Source: a virus (lineage: Duplodnaviria > Heunggongvirae > Uroviricota > Caudoviricetes). From it: a stretch of 64,000 bases of DNA. Shown here in pieces: positions 10,323-20,256 of the stretch. The position numbers and the translations under genes are program-made. The first letter of the stretch is position 1; each line of letters begins with the position of its first letter. Where the stretch lies: the IMG/VR virus record IMGVR_UViG_3300046543_000050; one strand, written 5' to 3'. The notes under the pieces are model-generated. The model searched no databases. It was not told where the DNA came from and worked only from the letters and a program-made list of their open reading frames with translations.

Positions 10323-10809
10323 TACTGCTGAAAAGATGGTCAATGCGTTCCGCGATCTGGATGCAACCTTTGGTGTGGAAGGTGAAAGCCTTCCGGTGAT
10401 CCGGGAACCGCGCGAACTGATCGTGGCCCCGGTGGTCGAAGATCGTCCGGTCAATAATGATGATCAGGATAACGACATTGCCGTGGCGCGCGAAACGTTG
10501 CACCGTGTCATGGGTAAGGCCGAAGATACCCTCGATGACATCCTTCGGCTGGCAAGACAGTCGGAACATCCGCGTGCATTCGAAGTTGCTGGTCAGATGA
10601 TCGACAAGGTGACGAACCTCGCCGACAAGCTGATTGATCTACACAAGAAGGTGAAGGAAATCAACAAGACCAGTGAATCCCCGCGTGATGCTGCACTCAA
10701 TGGTGGGAACTTCGAAGGTACTACTGGTGTGATCTTCACTGGTACACCACAACAGATTCTTGAGGCATTGAAGGCCAAGCGACAGTTGAAAGATGTTACG
10801 GACGTGTAA
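10315..10809 (+). CDS. gp16: Terminase small subunit gp16
   Basis: D...ARETL...EHPRAFEVAGQ.I...FTGT motif, immediately before gp17. Confidence 0.88.
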   Translation: MADTAEKMVNAFRDLDATFGVEGESLPVIREPRELIVAPVVEDRPVNNDDQDNDIAVARETLHRVMGKAEDTLDDILRLARQSEHPRAFEVAGQMIDKVTNLADKLIDLHKKVKEINKTSESPRDAALNGGNFEGTTGVIFTGTPQQILEALKAKRQLKDVTDV

Positions 10810-10811
10810 TC

Positions 10812-12500
10812 ATGGCAAAACTGATACTGCGTGACCACGTTCGGGGCAATAAAAAGATAAGGCCGGATGGTTGGCAACATCCCTACACCGAATGGGAACT
10901 GGAAGAATTCGAGAAGTGCAAGAATGATCCGATCTACTTCATCCGCAACTATGTGAAGATCATCTCGCTCGATGCGGGTATGGTCAACTTCGACATGTTC
11001 GGATTCCAAGAGAAGTACATTCGGATGTTGTTGGATAACCGGAAGACCATTTGTAAACTGTTCCGTCAGGGTGGCAAGACGACCTGTACGGCGGCGGCAA
11101 TTTGCTGGTATGTCATCTTTTCTGATACTCCGCAGAACGTAGCAGTTCTTGCTCACAAAGCCTCTGGTGCGCGAGAAATTCTTAGTCGTATTAAGCTTAT
11201 GTATGAGGAACTTCCTCCCTTCCTGCAACACGCAGTCAAAGAGTGGAACAAGGGTTCGATCTGGTTGAGTAATGGTTCGAAGGTGACGGCTGCTGCGACC
11301 TCGGCATCGGCTGCGCGGGGTGGTTCTATCAATTGGCTCTACCTCGATGAATATGCCTTCGTTGGCGCAAACATCGCGGACGAATTCTTTGCCTCTGTGT
11401 TTCCTACGTTGTCCTCTGGTAAGACGACGAAGATCAGTGTGACCAGTACTCCTATCGGATACAACCACTTCTGGCGTATGTGGGATGAAGCTGAGAAGGG
11501 TCAGAATGGTTTCGCATACTTCACGGCGAACTATTGGGAACGTCCGGGATACGATGAAACATGGGCGGCTGATCAGTTGCGGGTACTGAAGCGCCTGAAG
11601 TTCAACCAAGAAATCTTGATGCACTTCTTGGGTTCATCGAACACACTGGTTGGTGGTGAGTTCATTGGTCAGATGACGCCGATGGACTACATCTACCAGA
11701 AGGACAATCTTGATGTTCAAGAGAATCCATTACCGGGTCACTCCTACGTCGCCGTCTGTGATACCTCGCGGGGCGTCGAAGGTGATAGTTCGGTGGTGAC
11801 AGTGATCGACATCACCCAGACACCGTACCGGTTGGTTGCGAAGTACAAGTCCAACACGGTTCATCCAATGCTGTTCCCGTCGATCATCCACAAGATTGCG
11901 ACTGACTACAATCAGGCGTTCGTACTGGTGGAAATCAATGACAACGGTCAGTCAGTGTCGGATACCTTGCTGCACGAACTTGAGTATGAAAACTTGCTCT
12001 GGATTACGAAGGGCAAGACTGGTCAGGTTGTGTCGTCAGGGTTCGGTGGTGGTACATCGCAATCAGGTGTCCGTACTGACAAGCTGGTCAAACGTGTGGG
12101 CTGTTCGACACTGAAGACACTGGTTGAAGAAAACAACCTGTTGATCTTTGATCGTGACTTCATCCAAGAACTCTCGACCTTCACGGAAATCAGGGGAAGC
12201 TTCAAGGCCGATGTCGGCTACCACGATGACTGTGTGATGACCTTGGTCCTGTTCGCGTGGCTGACTGCGCAACCGTACTTCAAGGAACTCACGAACGTAA
12301 ACCTTCGGACTACGATCTATCAGGAACGGATTGAGAACATCCAGAAGAACCTGACACCGTTCGGCATCATCAACGATGGTCGTGATATTGGACCTCAGTA
12401 CGTGGTCGAAGATCGGGACGCATGGATGGTTGAAGATGCGGACCATCAGAAGGGTTGGCTGCGCGACAACATCGTGAGGCAAGGTGAATGGGGCTGGTAA
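10812..12500 (+). CDS. gp17: Terminase large subunit gp17
   Basis: KCKNDPIYF, RQGGKTT Walker A, LYLDEYAF Walker B, HDDCVM nuclease motif. Confidence 0.97.
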   Translation: MAKLILRDHVRGNKKIRPDGWQHPYTEWELEEFEKCKNDPIYFIRNYVKIISLDAGMVNFDMFGFQEKYIRMLLDNRKTICKLFRQGGKTTCTAAAICWYVIFSDTPQNVAVLAHKASGAREILSRIKLMYEELPPFLQHAVKEWNKGSIWLSNGSKVTAAATSASAARGGSINWLYLDEYAFVGANIADEFFASVFPTLSSGKTTKISVTSTPIGYNHFWRMWDEAEKGQNGFAYFTANYWERPGYDETWAADQLRVLKRLKFNQEILMHFLGSSNTLVGGEFIGQMTPMDYIYQKDNLDVQENPLPGHSYVAVCDTSRGVEGDSSVVTVIDITQTPYRLVAKYKSNTVHPMLFPSIIHKIATDYNQAFVLVEINDNGQSVSDTLLHELEYENLLWITKGKTGQVVSSGFGGGTSQSGVRTDKLVKRVGCSTLKTLVEENNLLIFDRDFIQELSTFTEIRGSFKADVGYHDDCVMTLVLFAWLTAQPYFKELTNVNLRTTIYQERIENIQKNLTPFGIINDGRDIGPQYVVEDRDAWMVEDADHQKGWLRDNIVRQGEWGW

Positions 12501-12529
12501 ATATAGCCCATTCTCAAAACCCTTGAAAC

Positions 12530-12537
12530 ACTAAATA
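12530..12537 (+). promoter_or_regulatory. Late promoter ACTAAATA for gp18
   Basis: Exact octamer about 80 nt upstream of the sheath gene. Confidence 0.75.
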
Positions 12538-12614
12538 GTTCTAGTCAAACAAAGCTACAGATAGATGTGCCTTTCTGTTTGGCACATCCAACAATCATTT
12601 AGGAGTAACAACTA

Positions 12615-14498
12615 ATGTTTATGCTCTCACCCGGCGTCAATGTGCAGGAATATGACGCAACAAACATCGTGCCTTCAGTCGCGACGACATCTGGCGGTTT
12701 CGCCGGTACGTTCGCTTGGGGTCCGGTCGAACACATCTACACGGTCGATAGCGAAACGACGCTCGCCAATGTGTTCTACAAGCCGAACGCTGACAGTGCT
12801 GTCTCGTTCTTCACGGCTGCGAACTTCCTTGGCTATGGCAATAACCTGCAAGTGGTACGCGTGGTCGGTGCGAATGCTAAGAACGCTGTCGCACAAGGTA
12901 CGGCACTTCTGATCAAGAATGAAGACGACTACAATTCGGAGTTCGTCAACGGCACGAACGGTGTCGGCATCGTTGCTGCAAAGTATCCGGGCGTCCTCGG
13001 TAATTCGATCAAGGTGTCGATTGCTGACTCCGCTTCGTACTCGCGTATCCTGTCGGGTACGATTGCCACGGCTTTGAATAGCACTAGCGTGGTTGGTACG
13101 GGTACGACCTTCACGACAAACGTGATTCCGGGTTCGCGTATCTACACGACTGACGGCAAGCTGGTTGGTCAAGTTCTCGCCGTTCTTTCGGATACCTCAC
13201 TGACGCTGACGGCCAATGCGCTGCAAGTAGTGTCGGCTGTTCCGGGTCGTGCTGATTGGGAATTCAAGTCGCAATTCTCTGGTGCTCCGAATACTTCGGA
13301 CTTCGGTGCAAATGTGTCGGCTGTCTCGGACGAAATCCACGTTGTGGTGATCGACGTGACGGGTGCATTCACTGGCACGCCGAACACGGTCCTCGAATCG
13401 TACCCGTATGTCTCAGTGGCATCGGACGCGAAGAAGGACGATGGTTCAACGAACTATTACAAGTCGCTGCTGAACAACGCTTCGGCCTACGTGTGGTGGA
13501 TGGATCATCCGACTGCTGGTACGAATTGGGGCACGATTGCTGCTGGTACGACCTTCGCAAGCCTTGGCAAGCCGCAAACGGCTACGCTGACTGGTGGTGT
13601 TTCGGATGACGTACTGACCGATCAAAACGCAACGACTGGCTATGCGATGTTCGAGAACGCTGAATCGGTTGACGTGTCCCTGATCCCTCTGGGTGGTGCA
13701 TCGGCAACGGTCGCCAACTACGTGATCAGCAACGTCGCAACGACCCGTCTCGACTGTGTGGCATTCATGTCACCGACGCTTGACGCAGTGCTGAACAACA
13801 AGGGTTCGGAAGCTGACGACATCATCACGCAACGTGCAGCGCAACCTTCGACATCCTACGCAGTGATGGATTCGGGCTGGAAATACCAGTACGACCGTTA
13901 CAACGATGTGTACCGTTGGATTCCGCTGAATGGCGACATCGCCGGTCTGTGTGCCCGTACTGACTTCACGAATGATCCGTGGTGGTCCCCGGCTGGTTTC
14001 AACCGTGGTCAGATCAAGAATGTGATCAAGCTGGCCTACAGCCCGAACCAGACTGACCGTGACAAACTGTACCCGCAAGGTATCAACCCGGTCGTGTCGT
14101 TCAAGGGCCAAGGTACTGTGCTGTTCGGTGACAAGACGATGCTCTCGAAGCCTTCGTCGTTCGACCGTATCAACGTTCGCCGCCTGTTCATCACGCTTGA
14201 GAAAGCCATTGCAACTGCGTCGAAGTACCAACTGTTCGAATTCAACGATCCGTTCACGCGCGCTCAGTTCAAGTCGTTCGTTGAGCCGTACCTGCGTGAC
14301 GTTCAAGGTCGCCGTGGTATCCAAGACTTCTTGGTGGTCTGCGATGACACGAACAACACGGCAGAAGTGATCGACGGCAATCGGTTCCGCGCTGCGATCT
14401 ACATCAAGCCCGCACGTAGCATCAACTTTATCGAACTGCAATTCATCAGCACGCCTACGGGTGCGCAGTTCTCCGAAGTGGTCGGTATCGCTGGCTAA
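12615..14498 (+). CDS. gp18: Tail sheath protein gp18
   Basis: LSPGV.V.E.D, WGPVE, PLNGDIAGLCARTD, WWSPAGFNRGQI, FDRINVRRLF. Confidence 0.97.
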   Translation: MFMLSPGVNVQEYDATNIVPSVATTSGGFAGTFAWGPVEHIYTVDSETTLANVFYKPNADSAVSFFTAANFLGYGNNLQVVRVVGANAKNAVAQGTALLIKNEDDYNSEFVNGTNGVGIVAAKYPGVLGNSIKVSIADSASYSRILSGTIATALNSTSVVGTGTTFTTNVIPGSRIYTTDGKLVGQVLAVLSDTSLTLTANALQVVSAVPGRADWEFKSQFSGAPNTSDFGANVSAVSDEIHVVVIDVTGAFTGTPNTVLESYPYVSVASDAKKDDGSTNYYKSLLNNASAYVWWMDHPTAGTNWGTIAAGTTFASLGKPQTATLTGGVSDDVLTDQNATTGYAMFENAESVDVSLIPLGGASATVANYVISNVATTRLDCVAFMSPTLDAVLNNKGSEADDIITQRAAQPSTSYAVMDSGWKYQYDRYNDVYRWIPLNGDIAGLCARTDFTNDPWWSPAGFNRGQIKNVIKLAYSPNQTDRDKLYPQGINPVVSFKGQGTVLFGDKTMLSKPSSFDRINVRRLFITLEKAIATASKYQLFEFNDPFTRAQFKSFVEPYLRDVQGRRGIQDFLVVCDDTNNTAEVIDGNRFRAAIYIKPARSINFIELQFISTPTGAQFSEVVGIAG

Positions 14499-14509
14499 GT
14501 GGTAAATCG

Positions 14510-14532
14510 GGGGAGACTTGTTCTCCCCTTTT
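14510..14532 (+). terminator. Rho-independent terminator
   Basis: GGGGAGA-cttgt-TCTCCCC-TTTT. Confidence 0.75.
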
Positions 14533-14541
14533 ACTTGACAT

Positions 14542-14549
14542 CCTAAATA
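14542..14549 (+). promoter_or_regulatory. Late promoter CCTAAATA for gp19
   Basis: Matches the late consensus, directly after the terminator. Confidence 0.65.
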
Positions 14550-14574
14550 TTACCAAATACCCAATTCGGAGTTA

Positions 14575-15147
14575 ATGATGGCTGATACAGTCTATTTCAA
14601 TGTCGATCAGTTCAAGTCGCAACTTGCTGGTGGTGGCGCTCGCCCGAACCAGTTCTTTGTGCAACTGACGTTCCCTACCTCAGTGACACTCGGTGCGCTG
14701 GCAATTCAGTCGTCTCCGTTCTTGGTGACGGCAGCTTCAATGCCGGGTTCCATCGTCAATGAGACGCAAGTGTATTACCGTGGCCGTGCTGTGAAGCTGG
14801 CTGGTGAGCGTACCTTCCAAGATTGGTCGGTGGTTGTGCTCAACGACAACAACTTCACGATCCGCAACGCGCTGGAAGATTGGTCGAACAAGATGAACGA
14901 CCTTCAGAACAACAGTGGCGAACTTAGCCCCTCTAAGTATACGGCGGACATGTTGGTTACGCAGTTGAACCGTAACAACCAACCGCTGAAAACTTATCAA
15001 ATCCGTTCTGCATGGCCGACGAACGTGTCTGAAGTGAACCTCGACTTTGGCGCAAACGACCAAATCTCGACGTTCAATGTTACGTTCGCGTACCAAGACT
15101 TCAAGACCACGATGACCCCGCTGGCAGGACTCGTTACTGGTGGTTAA
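14575..15147 (+). CDS. gp19: Tail tube protein gp19
   Basis: GGGARPNQF, AASMPGS, YRGR.VK.AG.RTF.DW.V...ND..F.IR..LE.W motifs. Confidence 0.96.
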   Translation: MMADTVYFNVDQFKSQLAGGGARPNQFFVQLTFPTSVTLGALAIQSSPFLVTAASMPGSIVNETQVYYRGRAVKLAGERTFQDWSVVVLNDNNFTIRNALEDWSNKMNDLQNNSGELSPSKYTADMLVTQLNRNNQPLKTYQIRSAWPTNVSEVNLDFGANDQISTFNVTFAYQDFKTTMTPLAGLVTGG

Positions 15148-15151
15148 TTAA

Positions 15152-16813
15152 ATGGAAATCTTCGGTTTCAATATCGGGGGTAAGGGTAAGAAGCTTCAAC
15201 AGGTTCCTGAACAGAAGCTTCCGTCCTTTGCTGCGCCTGTTGACGATGATGGTGCTGCGACAGTCTCAAACACTGTTGGTCACTATGGTACGTATCTCGA
15301 CCTCGATGGTGCTGCTAAGACTGAATCTGAACTGATTTCACGTTATCGTGATACGGCGAAGTATCCTGACTGCGATACTGCAATCGAAGAAGTCTGTTCA
15401 GAAGCAATTGCCGCAGAGGACGACGAAGAAGTCGTCAAGCTCAATCTGGAAGATGTGAAGCTGTCCAAGAATATTCGCGGGATCATTGAAGAAGAATTCG
15501 ATGAAATGTTGAACCTCTTGGACTTCGACAGTCGTGCTCATGATATTTTCCGTCGCTACTATGTGGACGGACGTATCTACTATCACAAACTGTTCGATCA
15601 GAAGAATCCGGGTGCGGGCATCCAAGAACTGCGCTACATCGACCCTCGCAAGATTAAAAAGGTCCGGGAAGTAGAGAAGAAGAAAGATGAAGTGACGGGT
15701 GTTGAAATCTACACCAAAGTCCTCGAATATTTCGTGTTCTCTGATTCTGGGTTTGCAAGAACACAAGGCTATACCGCGCCGAACAACACCGCAACTGGTG
15801 TCAAGATCGCGCCGGAAGCCATTGCCTATGTTACGTCTGGTCTGATTGACTTGGATCGTAACTTGGTCCTTGGTCACTTGGACAAGGCCATCAAGCCAAC
15901 GAATATGCTTCGCATGGCTGAAGATGGGATGCTGATCTATCGTATGGCACGCGCGCCACAACGCCGTATCTTCTACGTGGACACTGGCAACCTTCCGACA
16001 CCAAAGGCTGAACAATATCTCAAGTCGGTCATGGATCGTTTCAAGACCAAGATCGTCTACGACGCTTCGACTGGTGAAATGCGGGATGACCGCAAGCACA
16101 TGTCGATGATGGAAGACTTCTGGCTTCCGCGTCCTTCGGGTGGTACGGGCACTCAGGTTGACACGCTGGATGGTGCAGCGAACCAAGGTGCAGTTGACGA
16201 AATCACCTATTACCAGACCAAGCTGTACAACGCGCTGAACGTTCCTACGTCCCGTATGCAAGGCGGCAACCCGCTGAACTTCGGACGCCAGATGGAAGTG
16301 ACGCGTGATGAATTGAAGTTTGCCAAGTTCATCTCCCGCATTCGTCGCAAGTTCACTGAACTGTTCGATGACCTGTTGAAGACGCAGCTTGTTCTGAAAG
16401 GCGTGATCACCCCGGACGATTGGGATTCGATCATCAAGCCCCAGATCAAGTATGTGTTCGCATCGGACATCTATTGGGCGGAAGCGAAAGAGATTGAGAA
16501 CCTTCGCAATCGCGTAGAAATCCTGACCGAAATTGATCCGTATATCGGCGTCTACTACAGCAAGAATTGGGTTCGTAAGAACGTGTTGAAGTTGGATGAC
16601 GATGACATTGATCAGATTCAGAAAGAGATTGATTCGGAACGAGACGAGATGGCTGCGGATGCTGAGTTCAAGGGACAAATTGCTGCTGCACAGGAAATGC
16701 CTACTGTACAAGGTCAAGCGGAAGTTCAGCTTGATACTGAGATGCAGATGATGAAGGCACAGACTGCACTGGCACCAGACCCCGCTCCCGCTTCGAAGTC
16801 AAAGAAAAAGTAA
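15152..16813 (+). CDS. gp20: Portal protein gp20
   Basis: YVDGRIYYHK, LRYIDPRKIKKVRE, RAPQRRIFYVDTGNLP, MEDFWLPR, RDELKF. Confidence 0.97.
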   Translation: MEIFGFNIGGKGKKLQQVPEQKLPSFAAPVDDDGAATVSNTVGHYGTYLDLDGAAKTESELISRYRDTAKYPDCDTAIEEVCSEAIAAEDDEEVVKLNLEDVKLSKNIRGIIEEEFDEMLNLLDFDSRAHDIFRRYYVDGRIYYHKLFDQKNPGAGIQELRYIDPRKIKKVREVEKKKDEVTGVEIYTKVLEYFVFSDSGFARTQGYTAPNNTATGVKIAPEAIAYVTSGLIDLDRNLVLGHLDKAIKPTNMLRMAEDGMLIYRMARAPQRRIFYVDTGNLPTPKAEQYLKSVMDRFKTKIVYDASTGEMRDDRKHMSMMEDFWLPRPSGGTGTQVDTLDGAANQGAVDEITYYQTKLYNALNVPTSRMQGGNPLNFGRQMEVTRDELKFAKFISRIRRKFTELFDDLLKTQLVLKGVITPDDWDSIIKPQIKYVFASDIYWAEAKEIENLRNRVEILTEIDPYIGVYYSKNWVRKNVLKLDDDDIDQIQKEIDSERDEMAADAEFKGQIAAAQEMPTVQGQAEVQLDTEMQMMKAQTALAPDPAPASKSKKK

Positions 16814-16867
16814 AACCATGTCCTGATCAGGGTAAATATTCTGATCAGGATTACTAAAGGATCAAAA

Positions 16868-17293
16868 ATGGAACTCATTAAATTGGGCGAATCGTTCGGT
16901 TTCAGCGCTGAATTCACACAAGTCCAAGAAATCACTGGCTACCACAATCACAACGGCGAAGCTATCGCGACGAGTGGTTCGGGCTGGTCGGTTGGCACGA
17001 AGAAAGACGCGAACGGTTTCTATGACCGTGGCGAAGCTGCACACTTTGACGACCTCGATTCAGCAAAGGCGTTCATTGATGGTGGCAAGACTGGCGAACA
17101 TACGACTGTCGCCAAGAAGTTCGGTTGGGACAAGCCCGCTGTTCAGGAATCGTTCATCGATCTGATCAGCACGGACAAGACGGCTGCTGAACAACGCTTC
17201 AAGCAGATCATGTCCGAGAAGGTTGCACACGCACTGGCTGCACGCCGTGTGGAGATTGCACAATCGTTGTACTCGCGCGTTCGGGGTGAGTAA
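16868..17293 (+). CDS. Prohead core protein (gp67-like C-terminus) with N-terminal extension
   Basis: C-terminal FIDLI..DKTAAEQRFKQIM.EKV..AL..RR.EIAQSL resembles gp67; follows the portal gene. Confidence 0.6.
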   Translation: MELIKLGESFGFSAEFTQVQEITGYHNHNGEAIATSGSGWSVGTKKDANGFYDRGEAAHFDDLDSAKAFIDGGKTGEHTTVAKKFGWDKPAVQESFIDLISTDKTAAEQRFKQIMSEKVAHALAARRVEIAQSLYSRVRGE

Positions 17294-18147
17294 TGAACTT
17301 CGCACAATTCCGCGCACAAAATGCGGCGCAAGCCCCTGCAAAGAAAGATGATGCGTGCGTCGATCCTGCGAGTTCAGAGACGAATACCAGTCCCGAAGCT
17401 GAGAAGGAACATCAGAACAAAGCCCTCCTGAAGATGAAGGGTGATTCAGTCTGGATTCCGAAGGAACCCAAGGTTCCCGGTTTGAGCGAAGCGAAGCATA
17501 AGACCCATCACAAGGTCAAGATTCACTTCGGCGGCGGTAAGAGTGAAATTCGCATGGTCGATGATGACGAACTTGGCGCGCTGCGTCGGTCGAATCACAT
17601 CACGAAGGTGTTCAACATCGCTGAAGTAAAGAACGGCGTCGAGTATCCGTACATCGTTGAAGAAGATGCCAACGTACTCGGGAACAAGAATACCAAGCAC
17701 TACGTTCATAAGAACGGCGACACAGCATACGTGATGTCGCACAAGTACAAAGACCCGGCGCTTGGTGAGGACCACTACGTCCACTTCTCGAAGGGTCGCG
17801 GCACGGTCTACAACAACGACGAAGGCAAGACCAAGGCAACGAAGTTGCTCAAGCGTCTTGGCTACAAGGTAAAGGTTTCGGAATCAGTACAAGTCAATGA
17901 AGTCACGGTAGCTGTCCACAAGGCATATCCGGGCAAAGTGGCTGCTGTGAAGTCCGATCTGCACCAGTTCCATAGCGACAATGGCGGCGGAATCAAGTCA
18001 TCAGAACATGGTGACTACGTTCACTTCCACTTGCCTAGCAAGGGGCACAACACAGCCGATAACGTCAAGCGGACCCTGAAGGATCACGAAAATCATCCGG
18101 CATATTCTTCAGAGAATGTCACGGAAAGCTACAAGGCAAAGGAATAA
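17293..18147 (+). CDS. Putative internal head polyprotein (His/Lys-rich modules separated by x-x-E sites)
   Basis: Located in the core-protein slot; MNFAQF start; LSE, IAE, IVE, VSE, VNE and VTE sites; ~7% His. Confidence 0.55.
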   Translation: MNFAQFRAQNAAQAPAKKDDACVDPASSETNTSPEAEKEHQNKALLKMKGDSVWIPKEPKVPGLSEAKHKTHHKVKIHFGGGKSEIRMVDDDELGALRRSNHITKVFNIAEVKNGVEYPYIVEEDANVLGNKNTKHYVHKNGDTAYVMSHKYKDPALGEDHYVHFSKGRGTVYNNDEGKTKATKLLKRLGYKVKVSESVQVNEVTVAVHKAYPGKVAAVKSDLHQFHSDNGGGIKSSEHGDYVHFHLPSKGHNTADNVKRTLKDHENHPAYSSENVTESYKAKE

Positions 18148-18150
18148 TCC

Positions 18151-18537
18151 ATGACTGCACTCGTTCAAACAGTCCTGAAAAATACGCGCACTGAGACGGT
18201 GGTGAAGATCACCGGTACGGGTACGGCAGCGATCACCCTCGCCTCTCTCGCACTTTCAGATGACGTATATACGGCAGCAAAAGCGTCGGTCGAAATCCGC
18301 AAGATTTGGATTTCCGCACCGCCGACACAGTTGACTACGATCACTCGCAATTCAGTAGCAGTCCTTCAGGCATATGGTCAAGCTGATACGAACTTCGAAG
18401 ACGTGAAGCTGAATGACCAAGCATCCAAAGACCTGTCCGTAGTGACGGCTGGCGATGGCACGGTCATCCTGTGGCTGCGTAAGTCTGGTGGTTACGACTG
18501 GCCGTACCGTTCAACCGCTCTCACTGGTGGTGCATAA
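18151..18537 (+). CDS. Conserved hypothetical virion protein upstream of gp21
   Basis: Clean ORF, adjacent to the gp21 start; no recognizable motif. Confidence 0.6.
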   Translation: MTALVQTVLKNTRTETVVKITGTGTAAITLASLALSDDVYTAAKASVEIRKIWISAPPTQLTTITRNSVAVLQAYGQADTNFEDVKLNDQASKDLSVVTAGDGTVILWLRKSGGYDWPYRSTALTGGA

Positions 18538-18539
18538 AT

Positions 18540-19193
18540 ATGAAACTGATTACAGAACTCTACGATGAAGTCGAGATGATCACCGAAGGTACAGGCGACA
18601 AGAAAGACCTGTACATCCACGGTATCTTTGCTCAGTCGAACATCGTGAACCGTAACAAACGGAATTACCCGAAAGCCCACATGGAATCCGCTGTCGATAA
18701 GTACAACGAAAACTATGTGACAAAGAATCGTGCGCTTGGTGAATTGAATCACCCACAACGCATGACGGTTGATCCAGAACGTGCCTGTATGTTGATTACG
18801 GAACTCAAGTGGGACCGTAACAATGTGATGGGTAAGGCCAAGATTCTGTCAGAAGGTGTCGGCAAGGTTGTTCGCGGCCTGATTCTTGATGGCGTAAATA
18901 TTGGAGTGTCAACGCGTGGTGGTGCATCTGTATCCCTGCGTGAAGGCGTTACTTACGTTGGTCCTGACTTGACCTTCTCTGCTATCGATGTGGTGACTGA
19001 CCCAAGTGGTCCTGATTGCTTCGTCAACGGCATCATGGAAGGTGTTGAGTGGATTTGTGAATCGGGTGTTTGGAAGATGGAGAAGATCATCCAGACTCAA
19101 GAAATCATTAAGGAAACCAAGTCCGCCGATCTTCCTAAGATGACGATGGACATCTGGGAACAGTTCGTAGGCAAGCTTCAATACCTCAAGTAA
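18540..19193 (+). CDS. gp21: Prohead protease gp21
   Basis: MKLITE start, NRNKRNYP, ALGELNHP, IGVSTRG, D.V.DPS.PD.FVNGIMEG. Confidence 0.96.
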   Translation: MKLITELYDEVEMITEGTGDKKDLYIHGIFAQSNIVNRNKRNYPKAHMESAVDKYNENYVTKNRALGELNHPQRMTVDPERACMLITELKWDRNNVMGKAKILSEGVGKVVRGLILDGVNIGVSTRGGASVSLREGVTYVGPDLTFSAIDVVTDPSGPDCFVNGIMEGVEWICESGVWKMEKIIQTQEIIKETKSADLPKMTMDIWEQFVGKLQYLK

Positions 19194-19211
19194 TCTCAAA
19201 AATTCGCATTT

Positions 19212-19219
19212 ACTAAATA
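19212..19219 (+). promoter_or_regulatory. Late promoter ACTAAATA for gp22
   Basis: Exact octamer about 40 nt upstream of the ATG. Confidence 0.75.
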
Positions 19220-19259
19220 TACATTGTAATCAGTAAATGCCTTACCCAAAGGATACAGA

Positions 19260-20234
19260 ATGTCACTGGAAAAGAAGATCACCAAGTTGCTTGCGGAACG
19301 TGCAACGCTCCCTATCAGCAACATGGACAACGGCGATAAGAAGCCGATCCCGGCTGGTTCGTCACAAGATGCAGAGTACACCGAACTGTCGAAAGACATC
19401 AAAGGTGATGAAGCTGCTGCACCTGTCACGCCCGCTGAAGCACAAGCCGCTCTGAAGTTGAAGGGCGACCCGACTACGGTCCAGACGCAAGCCCAGAAGG
19501 ATGCCAATGAAGCAACCGATCTGACTGGCCTGTTCGCTGGTGTCGAAGGTCTGGAAGAAGGTTTCGTTGCTAAGGCAACTGGCCTGTTCGAAGCTGTCGT
19601 TGTGGCCCGCGTCAATGCGGAAGTCATCAAGGCCGTCGAAAAGCTGACCGAACAAAGCGAAGCAGAACTGAAGGCAACGAAGGAAAAGCTGTCGGAAGAT
19701 GTCGATGCTTACCTGTCGTATGTCGTGGAATCATGGGTGAAGGAAAACCAACTGTCGGTTGATGCTGGTCTGCGCACCGAAGTTGCTGAATCGTTCATCG
19801 CCGGTCTGAAAGACCTGTTCGTAGAGAATTACATCGAAGTCCCTGAAGATAAGGTCAACGTTGTTGAATCCCTGTCCACGGAAGTCGAAGCAACGAAATC
19901 GCGTCTGAATGAAGAAATCGAGAAGTCGATTGCTCTGTCGGACAAGATCATCAAACTTGAAAAGCAAGCTGTGTTGGAACAAGCGGCGAAGGGTCTGGCA
20001 GCAACGGACGCTGAACGTCTTGGCCGACTGGTCGAAGGCGTCGAGTTTGATACACAAGAAGTGTTTGCAGAAAAGGTTGCAGTCATCAAGGAAGCACACT
20101 TCAAGACCCAACCGAAGAAATCTGCCGAAACGCTTCTGGCAGAGCAAACCGGTCACGGTAATAGCGAAAGCAAGGAAATCGCTCCCCAAGTCGCACGTTA
20201 CGTTTCCGCTCTCAATCGTAATTCCAAGTTCTAA
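19260..20234 (+). CDS. gp22: Prohead scaffold protein gp22
   Basis: FEAVV, D.YLSYVVE.W..EN, GLRTEVAESFIAGLKDLF.E.YIEVPE. Confidence 0.94.
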   Translation: MSLEKKITKLLAERATLPISNMDNGDKKPIPAGSSQDAEYTELSKDIKGDEAAAPVTPAEAQAALKLKGDPTTVQTQAQKDANEATDLTGLFAGVEGLEEGFVAKATGLFEAVVVARVNAEVIKAVEKLTEQSEAELKATKEKLSEDVDAYLSYVVESWVKENQLSVDAGLRTEVAESFIAGLKDLFVENYIEVPEDKVNVVESLSTEVEATKSRLNEEIEKSIALSDKIIKLEKQAVLEQAAKGLAATDAERLGRLVEGVEFDTQEVFAEKVAVIKEAHFKTQPKKSAETLLAEQTGHGNSESKEIAPQVARYVSALNRNSKF

Positions 20235-20256
20235 GTATTCTGAAGAAATCAGAAAT

